A program made the translations under genes and the position numbers. A stretch of 64,000 nt of DNA from positions 1,381-65,380 of the forward strand of contig DASZLX010000035.1 of NCBI GenBank assembly GCA_035552155.1. Reading direction: 5' to 3'. The notes below the pieces were generated by a model that saw only the letters and a list, made by a program, of their open reading frames with translations, did no database searches and had not been told where the DNA came from. Positions within the stretch are counted from its first letter, which is position 1. Each line of letters opens with the position of its first letter. Of the stretch, positions 1 through 10,158 are shown piece by piece. This DNA is from Verrucomicrobiia bacterium (GTDB lineage Bacteria > Verrucomicrobiota > Verrucomicrobiia > Limisphaerales > DASXHY01).

Positions 1-171
1 AAAACCACACTCCTCCTCCTTACAGTTTTGGGCCTGGCCGCTTCCCCGTTGATGATTTCGCAGGCACAAGCCGCGCCGACGACCCACGTGGCCAAGCAGC
101 ACAAGAAGCACCTCAAAAAACACACCGTCAAGCATCACGTCCGTAAGCACCACCGCAAGGCCACCGCTTAA
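1..171 (+). CDS. Small secreted His/Lys-rich protein (5' end outside the window)
   Basis: Frame +1 is open from the window edge to TAA at 169-171. It translates to KTTLLLLTVLGLAASPLMISQAQA / APTTHVAKQHKKHLKKHTVKHHVRKHHRKATA. That is a signal-peptide-like hydrophobic core and an AQA cleavage-like site, then a 32-aa tail with 8 His, 8 Lys and 2 Arg. No start codon is visible and the ORF is short, so coding status is uncertain. Confidence 0.35.
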   Translation, partial: KTTLLLLTVLGLAASPLMISQAQAAPTTHVAKQHKKHLKKHTVKHHVRKHHRKATA

Positions 172-241
172 GTTTGATTAGCGACGGGCGCGGATGGCTT
201 TTCACTTGCCTCCATGCCGCGGACGGGTCTCTACTGCCCGC

Positions 242-1102
242 ATGCCGTCTGTATTTCGTCGCGCCTTCTTTTTTCTTGTTCTCGTGGCCGCTCCGGCCAC
301 GTTCATGGCGCAGGACCACACCGGGTCCACCGCGGCTTCCGCTAAACCGGCGGCAATAGTCGCCGCAACTTCTGAAGATTCCTCTGAACTAGACCGAGGC
401 CAGAGCCTGTTTGAAAGCAATTGCGCCAATTGCCATGGTCAGCATGGCGAAGGCGCCAAAGGACCCACCCTCGCCCAACCCAATCTCCCCCGCGCCAGCG
501 ATTACCAGTCATTGCTCAGAATTATCACCGGCGGAATTAACGGCACCGAAATGCCCCCCGCGCACCTGGAGCCGAAGGACATTGAACTCGTCGCCAAATT
601 CGTGAAATCGCTCAGCTTCCGTCAACATCATGCCGTGCGCGGGGATGTCGAACGCGGTGAACAAATTTACGCGAAAAAAGGCGGCTGCGCCCAATGTCAC
701 ATGCTCCATGGCCAGGGCGCGGTATTCGGACCCGACCTCAGTGATGTCGGAACCCGCCGCAGTCCGGATTATTTGCGCCGCTCGTTGGTGGACCCCAGCG
801 CGGACGTCCCTCAAAGTTATACGCCCTGGCGCTCGGAAATCGCTCTTCCGGAAAATTTTCTCTACGTCAGGCTCGTCACGCATGACGGCCAGGAATTTTC
901 CGGCGTGCGCGTGAACGAAGACACCTTTTCCATCCAAATTCGCCAGGCAAACGGAGCCATCCGCTCCTTCTTCAAATCCGAACTGGCCGAGTTACACAAG
1001 GATTTCGGCAAATCACCCATGCCGTCTTATGCCACGGCACTGACCACAAACGAACTGGATGACTTGGTCGCATTTCTCGCCACGCTCCATTCCGAAAAAT
1101 GA
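242..1102 (+). CDS. Di-heme c-type cytochrome; the second domain resembles the Pirellula/Verrucomicrobium-type putative heme-binding domain
   Basis: ORF 194-1102. The start is probably the internal ATG at 242, giving the signal peptide MPSVFRRAFFFLVLVAAPATFMAQ. It has two CxxCH motifs (CANCH, CAQCH). The C-terminal part has the pattern GPDLSDVG...LVDPS...THDG...SPMPSY...ELDDLVAFL. The stop overlaps the next start (ATGA at 1099-1102). Confidence 0.8.
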   Translation: MPSVFRRAFFFLVLVAAPATFMAQDHTGSTAASAKPAAIVAATSEDSSELDRGQSLFESNCANCHGQHGEGAKGPTLAQPNLPRASDYQSLLRIITGGINGTEMPPAHLEPKDIELVAKFVKSLSFRQHHAVRGDVERGEQIYAKKGGCAQCHMLHGQGAVFGPDLSDVGTRRSPDYLRRSLVDPSADVPQSYTPWRSEIALPENFLYVRLVTHDGQEFSGVRVNEDTFSIQIRQANGAIRSFFKSELAELHKDFGKSPMPSYATALTTNELDDLVAFLATLHSEK

Positions 1103-2694
1103 AAATTCTGCCCCTGTTCACATTTTCTCTGTTGCTGGCAATTCCAGCCGTCGCCCAGGTCAACGTGCCGTTCGAGCGCATTCGCTCCGCGTCCAAGGAA
1201 CCCGGCGATTGGCTCACCCATCACGGCAACTACGCCGGGCATCGCTATTCCGCACTCGATCAGATCACTCCCGCAAATGTCGCCCACCTGAAAACCGCGT
1301 GGATTTATCAGTCGCGCGAAGCCGGCAAATGGGAAGTCACACCGCTGGTGGTCGATGGCATTGTTTACGTATCCGAGCGCCCCAACATCATCACGGCCCT
1401 CGATGGAAAGACCGGCCGGCCGCTGTGGAATTACCGCCGGCCCATGGCCCCGGAGGCCGAAGGTTGCTGCGGGCCGGTGAATCGCGGGCTGGCCATTCTC
1501 GGCGATGCCCTTTACATGAACACTTTTGATTGTCACCTCGTGTGCATCGACGCCAACACCGGCAAGGAACGGTGGGATACCGTCGTCACCGATTATCACC
1601 CCGGTTACTCCATGACCGGCGCGCCGCTGGCGGTGAAGGATAAAATCCTCGTCGGCATTTCCGGCGGCGAATTTGGCATTCGCGGCTTTCTCGATGCCTA
1701 CGACGCGAAAACCGGCGCGCACGCGTGGCGCTTTTGGACCGTGCCCGACGAAAAAGATCCCGTCCACGAAACGTGGGGTCCCGGCGACGCCTGGAAAACC
1801 GGCGGCACAGCCACCTGGGCCACCGGCACCTACGATCCCGATTTGAATCTCGTCTATTGGGGAACTGGCAATCCCGGGCCTGATTACAACGGCGATGTGC
1901 GCCCCGGCGACGATTTATATTCGTGCTGCGTGGTGGCCATCGACCCCGATTCCGGCAAATTGCGCTGGCATTTTCAATACACCCCGCACGACGTCCACGA
2001 CTGGGATTCCTGCGAAATCCCGCTGCTCATCGATGCCACCATCGATGGCAAGCCGCGCAAACTGCTCACCCAGGCGAACCGCAACGCGTTTTTTTACGTG
2101 CTCGATCGCGCCACCGGCGAATTCATCACCGGTAAAGCCTTCGCCAAACAAACCTGGGCCAGCGGTCTGGATGCGAAAGGCCGTCCCCTATTGATTCCTG
2201 ACAAGGAACCGACCGCGCAAGGTGTGCTGGTGTATCCCGGGCTCGAAGGCTCGGCGAATTGGCCGCCGCCGGCCTACAGCCCGCGCACGGGCCTTTTTTA
2301 TGTGCAGGCGCAAGACGATTACTCGCAGATTTATTACAAGCACAATGCCGATTATCACCCCGGCAATGATTACGAAGGCGGCGGCGCGCGCAACATACTC
2401 GGAGAGGAACCCTACGGCGCGGTGAAAGCCATCGAAGCCACGACCGGAACAGTGAAGTGGGAATTTAAGGAGCAAACGTCATCCAATGCGGGTGTCCTCG
2501 CCACCGCGGCCGGCCTGGTCTTTTCCGGCACGCACGACGGATATTTTTACGCGCTCAACGCCGCCACCGGCGAACCGCTCTGGCGCTTCCAAACCGGCGG
2601 CTCGATTCTAGGCGGCCCCGTGACGTTCCTGGTCGACGGCAAACAATATATAGCCATCGCCGCCGGCGCAGGATTGTTCACCTTTGCCCTGTAG
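1099..2694 (+). CDS. PQQ-dependent dehydrogenase (quinoprotein alcohol/methanol dehydrogenase family, 8-bladed beta-propeller)
   Basis: 531 aa with a signal peptide (AIPAVAQ). It has the vicinal Cys pair EGCCGPVNRG typical of quinoprotein ADHs, repeated W-containing propeller motifs, and TPHDVHDWDS around the predicted catalytic Asp. Confidence 0.85.
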   Translation: MKILPLFTFSLLLAIPAVAQVNVPFERIRSASKEPGDWLTHHGNYAGHRYSALDQITPANVAHLKTAWIYQSREAGKWEVTPLVVDGIVYVSERPNIITALDGKTGRPLWNYRRPMAPEAEGCCGPVNRGLAILGDALYMNTFDCHLVCIDANTGKERWDTVVTDYHPGYSMTGAPLAVKDKILVGISGGEFGIRGFLDAYDAKTGAHAWRFWTVPDEKDPVHETWGPGDAWKTGGTATWATGTYDPDLNLVYWGTGNPGPDYNGDVRPGDDLYSCCVVAIDPDSGKLRWHFQYTPHDVHDWDSCEIPLLIDATIDGKPRKLLTQANRNAFFYVLDRATGEFITGKAFAKQTWASGLDAKGRPLLIPDKEPTAQGVLVYPGLEGSANWPPPAYSPRTGLFYVQAQDDYSQIYYKHNADYHPGNDYEGGGARNILGEEPYGAVKAIEATTGTVKWEFKEQTSSNAGVLATAAGLVFSGTHDGYFYALNAATGEPLWRFQTGGSILGGPVTFLVDGKQYIAIAAGAGLFTFAL

Positions 2695-2721
2695 ACAGGC
2701 ACTCTGCCTGTCTCCATTTTT
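2693..2721 (+). terminator. Putative intrinsic terminator after the PQQ dehydrogenase
   Basis: 8-bp stem AGACAGGC (2693-2700) / GCCTGTCT (2706-2713) with a 5-nt loop, followed by CCATTTTTA. Confidence 0.5.
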
Positions 2722-2739
2722 AATCTCCCCCTGTGAGAG

Positions 2740-2776
2740 GGCGACGAGGGAAGTAAGAACCTTATCCCTCGTCGCC
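2740..2776. repeat. 12-bp perfect hairpin between convergent genes
   Basis: GGCGACGAGGGA (2740-2751) pairs with TCCCTCGTCGCC (2765-2776) across a 13-nt loop. It lies between the + strand gene ending at 2694 and the - strand gene ending at 2793. Confidence 0.6.
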
Positions 2777-2792
2777 ACAACGCTCGCGTATA

Positions 2793-4118
2793 TTACGGTT
2801 GAATGACTCGATAAAACTTCGCCATGCTCAACGGCGAAGTCGTGTCCACAACGATTATCGGGCCTGCTCCTGCTGTGTTCGTCGAAAACGAGGTATAAGG
2901 CCCGCCCACTGAGGTGGCATATTGCGACACATACGTGCTGCCGTTAACACCGTTGATGGTGATGACGGGATACAGGTTAAATGAATCAGCTGCCACCGTG
3001 GCTCCTGTGCTTGCAGTATAGTTACGATCGCTCGAGCTGGCAGCCGTGTTGGTAGCCACCACGGAATAAACCCCAGTCTCGGTGGCCTTGAAATTTGCAA
3101 TAGTCAAAGTGGCTGTCGTGGCGCCGGAAACCCCATTACCATTCGTGAGGGGCGCGGAATTAAACATCCATTGATAGCCGGTCGCCGGTGAGGCAGCCGC
3201 AGTCAAGGTCGCCGTGCCGCCTATCCCAACAATCGAATTTGAAGGGTTCAGGCTGAATTGCGGCGTGGTGGGCCCTTGAGGTGCAAGAGCAGTGAGGACG
3301 GTAGTGTTATTCCCCGGATTATAAACCGCAGAGATGGTGCCATTACCCTCGAAAGCGATGAGCTGATTGCTTGCTATCAAGGTGGGCATATAACTTAATG
3401 CATTGTTCGTGATCACCACTTGGGAGCCGGCTCCGATGTCCATAATACCAATGTTTCCAGGCGCTCCCGGTTGGCCGAGCGTTGAGGAAGCCCAATCACG
3501 CAGGTAAACTGAAGCGTTGTTGGTGACGTAAATATAGTTGGTGCCGCCATTTCCGTTCCAACTCACACCCAGTTCCCCGCCCGGAATGTGAAGCGTACCG
3601 CCATTGACAACCACCGTGCCTTCTGTGCTGCCCTGCCCCACCCAAAGATGTCCAGCAAAGGTGGCGTCCGAGCCCGGGCCAATAATCAAAGTCCCCGGCC
3701 CCGCCACAAAGCCTATGCCAGTCCAGGAGTCTCCAAAACCCGAAAAGCCCGCCTGAAAATGGGCGCCATTGTTGACTAGCAGCGTTCCGGCTCCTCCGAA
3801 GCCGCACATCAACTGGCCGACTGAAGTGACCTGACTGTTGTTTGATACGACACAAATAACAGTGCTGTTATAGGCAGCATTGTAAAAAGTGAACGCTTGG
3901 TTTGGGTCTACAATGACAGGCACGATCCCGCCCGCCCAGTTGTTGGCATCATCCCAGGCAGCGTATGTATTGCCACTATCGTCAGTCCAGGTGTCTAACG
4001 GGGACCATTGGATGTCTTCTCGAGTCGCGGCCGTGGCCTTGAAAGCCAGCGGCACGGCCAGCAGGCCGGCCAGGAGCAACATTTTGAGTCGTTGCGAGGG
4101 ATTGATCTCTATTTTCAT
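2793..4118 (-). CDS. Secreted protein: NGG-rich beta-strand-repeat (beta-helix-like) N-terminal module plus an Ig-like domain
   Basis: 441 aa with a signal peptide (LLLAGLLAVPLAFKATA). Repeats such as GTLLVNNGAHF, GTLIIGPGSDATF and GTVVVNGGTLHIPG are present. The segment LTAAASPATGYQWMFN...TLTIANFKATETGVYSVVATN looks like an immunoglobulin I-set-like domain. Confidence 0.6.
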   Translation of the reverse strand: MKIEINPSQRLKMLLLAGLLAVPLAFKATAATREDIQWSPLDTWTDDSGNTYAAWDDANNWAGGIVPVIVDPNQAFTFYNAAYNSTVICVVSNNSQVTSVGQLMCGFGGAGTLLVNNGAHFQAGFSGFGDSWTGIGFVAGPGTLIIGPGSDATFAGHLWVGQGSTEGTVVVNGGTLHIPGGELGVSWNGNGGTNYIYVTNNASVYLRDWASSTLGQPGAPGNIGIMDIGAGSQVVITNNALSYMPTLIASNQLIAFEGNGTISAVYNPGNNTTVLTALAPQGPTTPQFSLNPSNSIVGIGGTATLTAAASPATGYQWMFNSAPLTNGNGVSGATTATLTIANFKATETGVYSVVATNTAASSSDRNYTASTGATVAADSFNLYPVITINGVNGSTYVSQYATSVGGPYTSFSTNTAGAGPIIVVDTTSPLSMAKFYRVIQP

Positions 4119-4257
4119 ATTTTTCTCCGATTATGTTGGTTGGTGAGAATTGGGACGATGGCACCGTAGTTCAGACGCGCAACACGTCGGTATCCCCAAT
4201 AACGGGGATGGCAAACCAAAGGGGCGAAATGCAAAGTTCTTCAAATAATTCCCAACC

Positions 4258-5079
4258 ATGAAAATCATTTCACGCCGATCAAACGTCATTTTGCCCCTCC
4301 GACAGGGTTTTACGTTGATTGAGTTATTGGTCGTCATTGCCATTATCGCAATCCTGGCAGCAATGTTGTTGCCCGCCTTGAGCCGGGCAAAGTCGCGAGC
4401 CCAGGCAACCGCGTGTATGAACAACACAAAACAAATGACCTTGGGCTGGATCATGTATGCGGCTGACAACAACGACAAAACTGCGAGCCTGCATGACGAT
4501 GGCAATGATACGGGGTCGGTTGATGAGTCGGCCACCAATTGGTGCAGTGGAAACATGGCTTTTTATCCGAGCTGCACTAACACGGCATTTTTGATGACCG
4601 GGCAGCTTTACCCGTATATCAATAGTGTGGCCGTTTATCGCTGTCCGGCGGATAACTCGTACGCAAGCCTTGTCGATGCCCGGCCGTCGGCGGCGGGGCA
4701 GCCGCGGGCTCGCAGTTTTTCCATGAGTCAAACGTTCGGGAAAGGCACATACCTTGGCGGATACAGAACGTACAATAGAATCAGTAACATTATGAAAGTG
4801 ACGGACACTTGGGTCTTCATTGACGAAAATGAGAAAAGTATCAACGACCCAGCCTTTGCAGTTGTGATGGCGACTGGTTCGCCAGTCACGGTGCAAGACG
4901 TTCCCTCGGGCCGTCATGGCGGCTCGACCGGCATGTCGTTTTCTGATGGACATTCGATCGTCCACAAATGGATTTCATCCGCGACCTACACAGCTGCCGT
5001 CCACACCAGTTCCAGCGATCCGGGTGTTATTGCCGATATGTTGTGGCTTTCTTCGGTAACTACAGTACCAGCGCACTAA
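4258..5079 (+). CDS. Prepilin-type N-terminal cleavage/methylation domain protein, H-X9-DG family (type II secretion pseudopilin-like)
   Basis: N-terminus [31 protein letters not shown]. The C-terminal motif [15 protein letters not shown] fits H-x9-DG. Confidence 0.85.
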   Translation: MKIISRRSNVILPLRQGFTLIELLVVIAIIAILAAMLLPALSRAKSRAQATACMNNTKQMTLGWIMYAADNNDKTASLHDDGNDTGSVDESATNWCSGNMAFYPSCTNTAFLMTGQLYPYINSVAVYRCPADNSYASLVDARPSAAGQPRARSFSMSQTFGKGTYLGGYRTYNRISNIMKVTDTWVFIDENEKSINDPAFAVVMATGSPVTVQDVPSGRHGGSTGMSFSDGHSIVHKWISSATYTAAVHTSSSDPGVIADMLWLSSVTTVPAH

Positions 5080-5125
5080 AGATGGCGTATGACATTTGTT
5101 GTATTTGGCCGCACGAATTATTGAA

Positions 5126-7303
5126 ATGCGAAGCCGGCATAAATGTTGTGGATGGCTTACGCTATTGTTTTTGCTCAACGCGGGTGTTTTGGCGAAAGCA
5201 CAGCTAACTGCAACAACCTGGAATCCCGCCGGCAATCCGACCCAGCCTTCAGACAACCTTTGGACCACTCCTGGCAACTGGAGCGGAGGCCTCGTTCCCA
5301 CCAACGGATACAAAGCGTATTTCAATGCCGGTGCCGCTCCCTGCGTCGTCAGCAACACGGTCGGCGGGTCCCAGATATCCATCGGTGATGGCGGACCGGG
5401 AGGCGTTCTCATTGTCACCAACGGCGGCAGCCTGTCTGCCGGAGACAATACCGCAGGCAATAATGACGATTACGCCTGGTCGGCCATTGGCTACAGCAGC
5501 ACCGGTGAAATGGACATCGAGAACGGCGGCTCCGTCACCTTCAACTATCATCTCTGGATCGGCCTCAATCCCGGGGCAATTGGCACGTTTAAAATGAATG
5601 GCGGAACGGCGTCGGTGGCAGGTGCGTTCGGGCTGGGCTTCAGCGGCGGCACCGGCATCGTCCAAATAAACGGTGGCACATTGACTCTTTCCCAATGGCC
5701 CGCGAACGCGATTCAAGGCACTGGCTCCGTGCTGGACATTGGCGGTGGAACGGTGGTCATTGCGGGAAATCAAGTTGCCTCTGTGAATGGTTTTACCACC
5801 AGCGGCAAAATCACTGCTTACGGAGGCACTGGCACCGTTGTATGCAACTATAACGGAACCTCCACCACCATCACCGCTACTAAAAGCAGCAACAACTCCA
5901 GCAACATCGATCTTTCCATCCAACTATCAACGCCCAATCTGATACTTTCCTGGCCGACTTCTTCTGTCTATTACGGGTTGCAATCCACTACTAACCTCAC
6001 TGCGCCGATTGTCTGGCAATCATTGACCAACTCAGTTGCCACCGCCAATGGAACCAACGAAGTCATTTTACCTTTGTCTGCAAAAGCAACTTTCTTCAGT
6101 CTCAATCATGGGGTCGATGCCACCACTATGTATGGCAAATTGTTGATGGGGTATCAGGGCTGGTTTGCCTGCCCGAGCGACGGCTCGGCCCCCAATCAAT
6201 GGTGGCATTGGTTTCACAACCAGACACCCACTGCGGCCAACGTCAATACAGATTTTCTTCCCGACACATCTGAGGACAGTCCAAACGAGCTTTTTAATAC
6301 CCAGATGACCTACTCCAACGGCAGCCCGGTTCAATTCGATTCGTCTGCCGTGCAGCAAACCGTGCTCCGTCATTTTAAATGGATGCAGGAAAATCAACTG
6401 GACGGCGTATTTCTTCAACGCTTCCTGAGCGATCTTTCCAGCCCGCAATTCTATTCCTTCCGCAATCAAGTCACCGCCAATGTCCGCGCAGGGGCGGAAG
6501 CCTACGGGCGGGTTTTTGCCATCATGTATGACGTCAGCGGTCAGTCCACTAATACTCTGGTCAACAATCTTACCAACGACTGGCTTTATCTGGTAAACAC
6601 CATGCACATTACGAACAGCACGCGCTATCTTTACCATAACGGCAAGCCGGTCGTGGCGATTTGGGGATTCGGTTTTAATGACGGAGGTCATCTGGCTTCG
6701 CCGCAACAGGCACAAACAGTAATCGATTGGTTCAAATCGCGCGGCGTCACCGTGATGGGCGGCGTGCCGACGTATTGGCGCACCCTGCAGAATGATTCGT
6801 TCACTAACACTGCCTGGACCTCCGTTTATCTTTCGTTTGATGCCATCAGCCCGTGGGCGGTTGGCCGATTTGGCAATAATGCCGGAGCCGATAATTATAC
6901 GGCGAGCATTACCATACCGGACCTCGCTGAATGCAAAACGAACGCGATTGATTATATGCCCGTGGTTTTCCCCGGCTTTTCCTGGCACAACGAGAACGGC
7001 GGCACCCTTAATCAAATTCCGCGCAACGGCGGCTCATTTTATTGGAGACAGGTTTACGATTCCGTCCATGCCGGCTGCAATATGATTTACGGCGCGATGT
7101 TCGACGAAGTGAACGAGGGAACCGCGATGTATAAACTCGTGCCATCAACGGCCCAATTGCCTGCCCAGGGCGCATTTCTGGCGCTGGACGCAGATGGCAT
7201 CACTTTGAACAGTGACTGGTATTTGCGGCTGGCAAATCAGGCTGGCAAAATGTTGCGGAAAGAAATCCCGCTGCAAACGACCATTCCCATCTCAGCGCCG
7301 TGA
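5126..7303 (+). CDS. Secreted protein: NGG-rich beta-strand-repeat N-terminal module plus a C-terminal putative glycoside-hydrolase-like (TIM-barrel-like) domain
   Basis: The ORF opens at TTG 5096, but ATG 5126 gives the signal peptide [27 protein letters not shown]-terminal repeats include [41 protein letters not shown] and [12 protein letters not shown]. The C-terminal half ([15 protein letters not shown]...WWHWF...[18 protein letters not shown]) resembles a family often annotated as glycosidase. The family assignment is from memory only. Confidence 0.55.
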   Translation: MRSRHKCCGWLTLLFLLNAGVLAKAQLTATTWNPAGNPTQPSDNLWTTPGNWSGGLVPTNGYKAYFNAGAAPCVVSNTVGGSQISIGDGGPGGVLIVTNGGSLSAGDNTAGNNDDYAWSAIGYSSTGEMDIENGGSVTFNYHLWIGLNPGAIGTFKMNGGTASVAGAFGLGFSGGTGIVQINGGTLTLSQWPANAIQGTGSVLDIGGGTVVIAGNQVASVNGFTTSGKITAYGGTGTVVCNYNGTSTTITATKSSNNSSNIDLSIQLSTPNLILSWPTSSVYYGLQSTTNLTAPIVWQSLTNSVATANGTNEVILPLSAKATFFSLNHGVDATTMYGKLLMGYQGWFACPSDGSAPNQWWHWFHNQTPTAANVNTDFLPDTSEDSPNELFNTQMTYSNGSPVQFDSSAVQQTVLRHFKWMQENQLDGVFLQRFLSDLSSPQFYSFRNQVTANVRAGAEAYGRVFAIMYDVSGQSTNTLVNNLTNDWLYLVNTMHITNSTRYLYHNGKPVVAIWGFGFNDGGHLASPQQAQTVIDWFKSRGVTVMGGVPTYWRTLQNDSFTNTAWTSVYLSFDAISPWAVGRFGNNAGADNYTASITIPDLAECKTNAIDYMPVVFPGFSWHNENGGTLNQIPRNGGSFYWRQVYDSVHAGCNMIYGAMFDEVNEGTAMYKLVPSTAQLPAQGAFLALDADGITLNSDWYLRLANQAGKMLRKEIPLQTTIPISAP

Positions 7304-10063
7304 GGAGACTCCTCTCCTACGCCCCACCTTCGTCGCAGTTTTCTTTGAAACCTTGTCCACCGGTCGCGAAAACATAACCGTGTCATCCGCATGGCGCGTC
7401 ACACCGCGCGGTTGCAGCAGCTTGGCCACCAACCCCGTCCAGCCGGTTTGATGCGACGCCCCCACACCGCGACCCGTGTCGCCGTGAAAATATTCGTGGA
7501 ACAAAACGTAATCCCTGAACTGCGGATCCCCGGACAATTTAGGATGATACTTCAATACCGGCCGCTCGCCATCCGAACCCTTAAGAAATATTTTTGAAAC
7601 CCGCCGCGTCAATTCATTGGCCACTTCCTTGATGGTGATGAATTTCCCGGAACCCGTCGGGCATTCCACCTTGAAATCGTCGCCGTAATAATGGTGAAAT
7701 TTCTGGAGCGACTCGATGATGAGATAATTCACAGGCATCCAAAGCGGCCCGCGCCAGTTGGAATTGCCGCCGAACAAATGGTTTTCCGATTCCGCCGGCC
7801 AATAGCTGACCACGTGCTCCACCCCGCCGATCGTGAGCCGAAACGGCTGCTGCTCATGTATCTTCGAGAGCGCCCGGATACCGTAATCGCTCAGAAATTC
7901 CGTTTCATCGAGCATCCGCCGCAGCAGGCATTTCATGCGATGGCCGCGCAGCAGTGAGAGCAGGCTGCGCTCGCCCACGCCGCTTTCCTCCCAATGCGAA
8001 ACCAGGCTCGCCAGGTCCGGTCGATGGTTGAGCAACCATTTCAGCCGCCCGGCGAAATCCGGCAGCGCCTTCAATAACTCCGGCTCGATCGTCTCGACCG
8101 CAAACAACGGAATCAAACCCACCATCGAACGCACCTTGAGGGGAATCTCCCGGCCGCCGGGTGTGCGCAATTGATCGTAGTAAAATTCGTCTTCATTGTC
8201 CCACAAGCCCGTTCCGTCCTCCGGATTGTTGATCGCGGCGGCAATGCTGAGAAAATGCTCGAAGAACTTCGTCGCGATGTCCTCATAAACCTTGTTGTGC
8301 CGCGCCAGTTCCAGCGCAATGCGCATCAGGTTCAGCGAATACATCGCCATCCAACTCGTGCCGTCGGCCTGGTTGATATAGCCACCGGTCGGCAGCGGGG
8401 CGCTGCGGTCAAACACGCCGATATTGTCCAGCCCGAGAAAGCCGCCCTGGAAAATATTTCGCCCCTGCGCGTCCTTGCGGTTCACCCACCACGTGAAATT
8501 CAGCATCAACTTGTGAAACACGCGTTCGAGAAAAGCGAGATCCCCGCGATCGTCCGGCTGATGTTCCCGGCGCTGCTTGCGGTCCATCTGGAACACGCGC
8601 CACGCCGCCCACGCATGCACCGGCGGGTTCACGTCGCTGAACGCCCACTCGTACGCCGGCAACTGGCCATTCGGATGCATGTACCACTCGCGCGTGAGCA
8701 GGACCAACTGGTGCTTCGCGAATTCAGGATCGATCAATGCAAACGGAATGCAATGAAACGCGAGATCCCACGCCGCATACCACGGATACTCCCATGTGTC
8801 CGGCATCGAAATGACATCGGCATTGTTGAGATGCGTCCAATCGGCGTTGCGTCCCTCCTTGCGCTCGGGCGGCGGCGACGGCATGGCCGGGTCGCCTTTG
8901 AGCCATTCCCTAACATCGTAATAATAAAATTGTTTCGACCATATCATGCCGGCCAGTGCCTGGCGCTGGACCCGGCGCGCGTCCTCATCCTGTAGATCCT
9001 TCTGCAACTCGCCGTAAAACTCATCCGCTTCGCGCAGCCGCAGGGAAAAAATGGAGTCGAAATCATCCAGGTAGGACAGGCTTCGAGCCTGTCTCTGATT
9101 TTCCGCCGCGGTTGAAAGGCTAAGTCGCAATCGCAATTGCTCCGAACCGCCCGCCGGCACTGTGACCGTGTAATGCGCCGCTGCCTTGGTCCCGGTCTGC
9201 TGTGGATTCACCGCGGCTCGGTTGCCGTTCACGATGCATTCGTGAAAGGCATCCTTGAAAAAACCCGGCGCGTCCTGCTCATACAACCGTCGGACGTTGG
9301 TTTCGTTGTCGCAGAAAAGCAATTCCGGTTTCCCGTCGCAATGCCACTGATATTCTCCCAGGCTGGCGTGCCGCGCGCTCACTCCGCCGTTTTCGTCCGC
9401 GTGCAAAACCGGTTTCTCGGAATTGTCCCAAGTCCAGGTATTGCGAAACCACAATTGCGGCAGAAGATGAAGGGTGGCCGCTTCCGGCCCGCGATTCTGC
9501 ACCGTGATCCGCATCAAAATATCCGCCTCGTCCGCCTTCGCATATTCCACGAACACATCCCAGTAGCGGTCATCATCGAAGATGCCGGTATCCAGCAACT
9601 CAAATTCCGGCTGGCAACAATCCGTTTTGCGCCGCTCGCTTTCCTCGATGAATTGGCAATACGGATATTCCCGCTGCGGATACTTATAAAGCATCTTGAG
9701 GTAGGAATGCGTCGGCGTGGCATCGAGATAATAATAAAGCTCCTTCACATCCTCGCCGTGATTTCCCTGGCTGTTCGTGACGCCGAACAAACGCTCCTTC
9801 AAGATCGGATCCTTCCCATTCCACATCGCGAGCGAAAGGCAAAGCCGGCATTGATTGTCGCTGAAGCCCGCGATGCCGTCCTCCCCCCAGCGATAAGCGC
9901 GGCTCCGCGCATGGTCGTGCGGAAAATATTCCCACGCCGTGCCCGATGGCGAATAATCCTCGCGCACCGTGCCCCATTGCCGCTCCGAGAGATACGGCCC
10001 CCAACGCTTCCAATGCTTTTGCCCGGCGTGATTCTCAACCAGACGCTGGCGTTCGGCAGTCAT
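7292..10063 (-). CDS. GH63-like glucosidase (MGH1-like glycoside hydrolase)
   Basis: ORF 7292-10117 (941 aa). The N-terminal motif [21 protein letters not shown]...[21 protein letters not shown]...[15 protein letters not shown] is typical of large bacterial GH63-type glucosidases. The start is uncertain: GTG 10117, or ATG 10108, 10078 or 10063. Confidence 0.7.
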   Translation of the reverse strand: MTAERQRLVENHAGQKHWKRWGPYLSERQWGTVREDYSPSGTAWEYFPHDHARSRAYRWGEDGIAGFSDNQCRLCLSLAMWNGKDPILKERLFGVTNSQGNHGEDVKELYYYLDATPTHSYLKMLYKYPQREYPYCQFIEESERRKTDCCQPEFELLDTGIFDDDRYWDVFVEYAKADEADILMRITVQNRGPEAATLHLLPQLWFRNTWTWDNSEKPVLHADENGGVSARHASLGEYQWHCDGKPELLFCDNETNVRRLYEQDAPGFFKDAFHECIVNGNRAAVNPQQTGTKAAAHYTVTVPAGGSEQLRLRLSLSTAAENQRQARSLSYLDDFDSIFSLRLREADEFYGELQKDLQDEDARRVQRQALAGMIWSKQFYYYDVREWLKGDPAMPSPPPERKEGRNADWTHLNNADVISMPDTWEYPWYAAWDLAFHCIPFALIDPEFAKHQLVLLTREWYMHPNGQLPAYEWAFSDVNPPVHAWAAWRVFQMDRKQRREHQPDDRGDLAFLERVFHKLMLNFTWWVNRKDAQGRNIFQGGFLGLDNIGVFDRSAPLPTGGYINQADGTSWMAMYSLNLMRIALELARHNKVYEDIATKFFEHFLSIAAAINNPEDGTGLWDNEDEFYYDQLRTPGGREIPLKVRSMVGLIPLFAVETIEPELLKALPDFAGRLKWLLNHRPDLASLVSHWEESGVGERSLLSLLRGHRMKCLLRRMLDETEFLSDYGIRALSKIHEQQPFRLTIGGVEHVVSYWPAESENHLFGGNSNWRGPLWMPVNYLIIESLQKFHHYYGDDFKVECPTGSGKFITIKEVANELTRRVSKIFLKGSDGERPVLKYHPKLSGDPQFRDYVLFHEYFHGDTGRGVGASHQTGWTGLVAKLLQPRGVTRHADDTVMFSRPVDKVSKKTATKVGRRRGVSSRR

Positions 10064-10158
10064 TTTTGGAGCGCTCATGTTCTCAAAGGAATGCGGGGAC
10101 CCTATCATCGGAAACACGTCTCTACAAGACGGGCTGTGATTTGAAAAATGAATTGCTC

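Noticed and set aside
2721-2751. Apparent relationship between CTCCCCCTGTGAGAGGGCGACGAGGG (2725-2750) and the CCCTCTCC...GGAGAGGGCCGGGGTGAGGG element at 37285-37323.
   Set aside because: The similarity is limited to short C-rich and G-rich runs. The first locus does not form the same hairpin, since its real stem is 2740-2776. This is not enough to define a repeat family.
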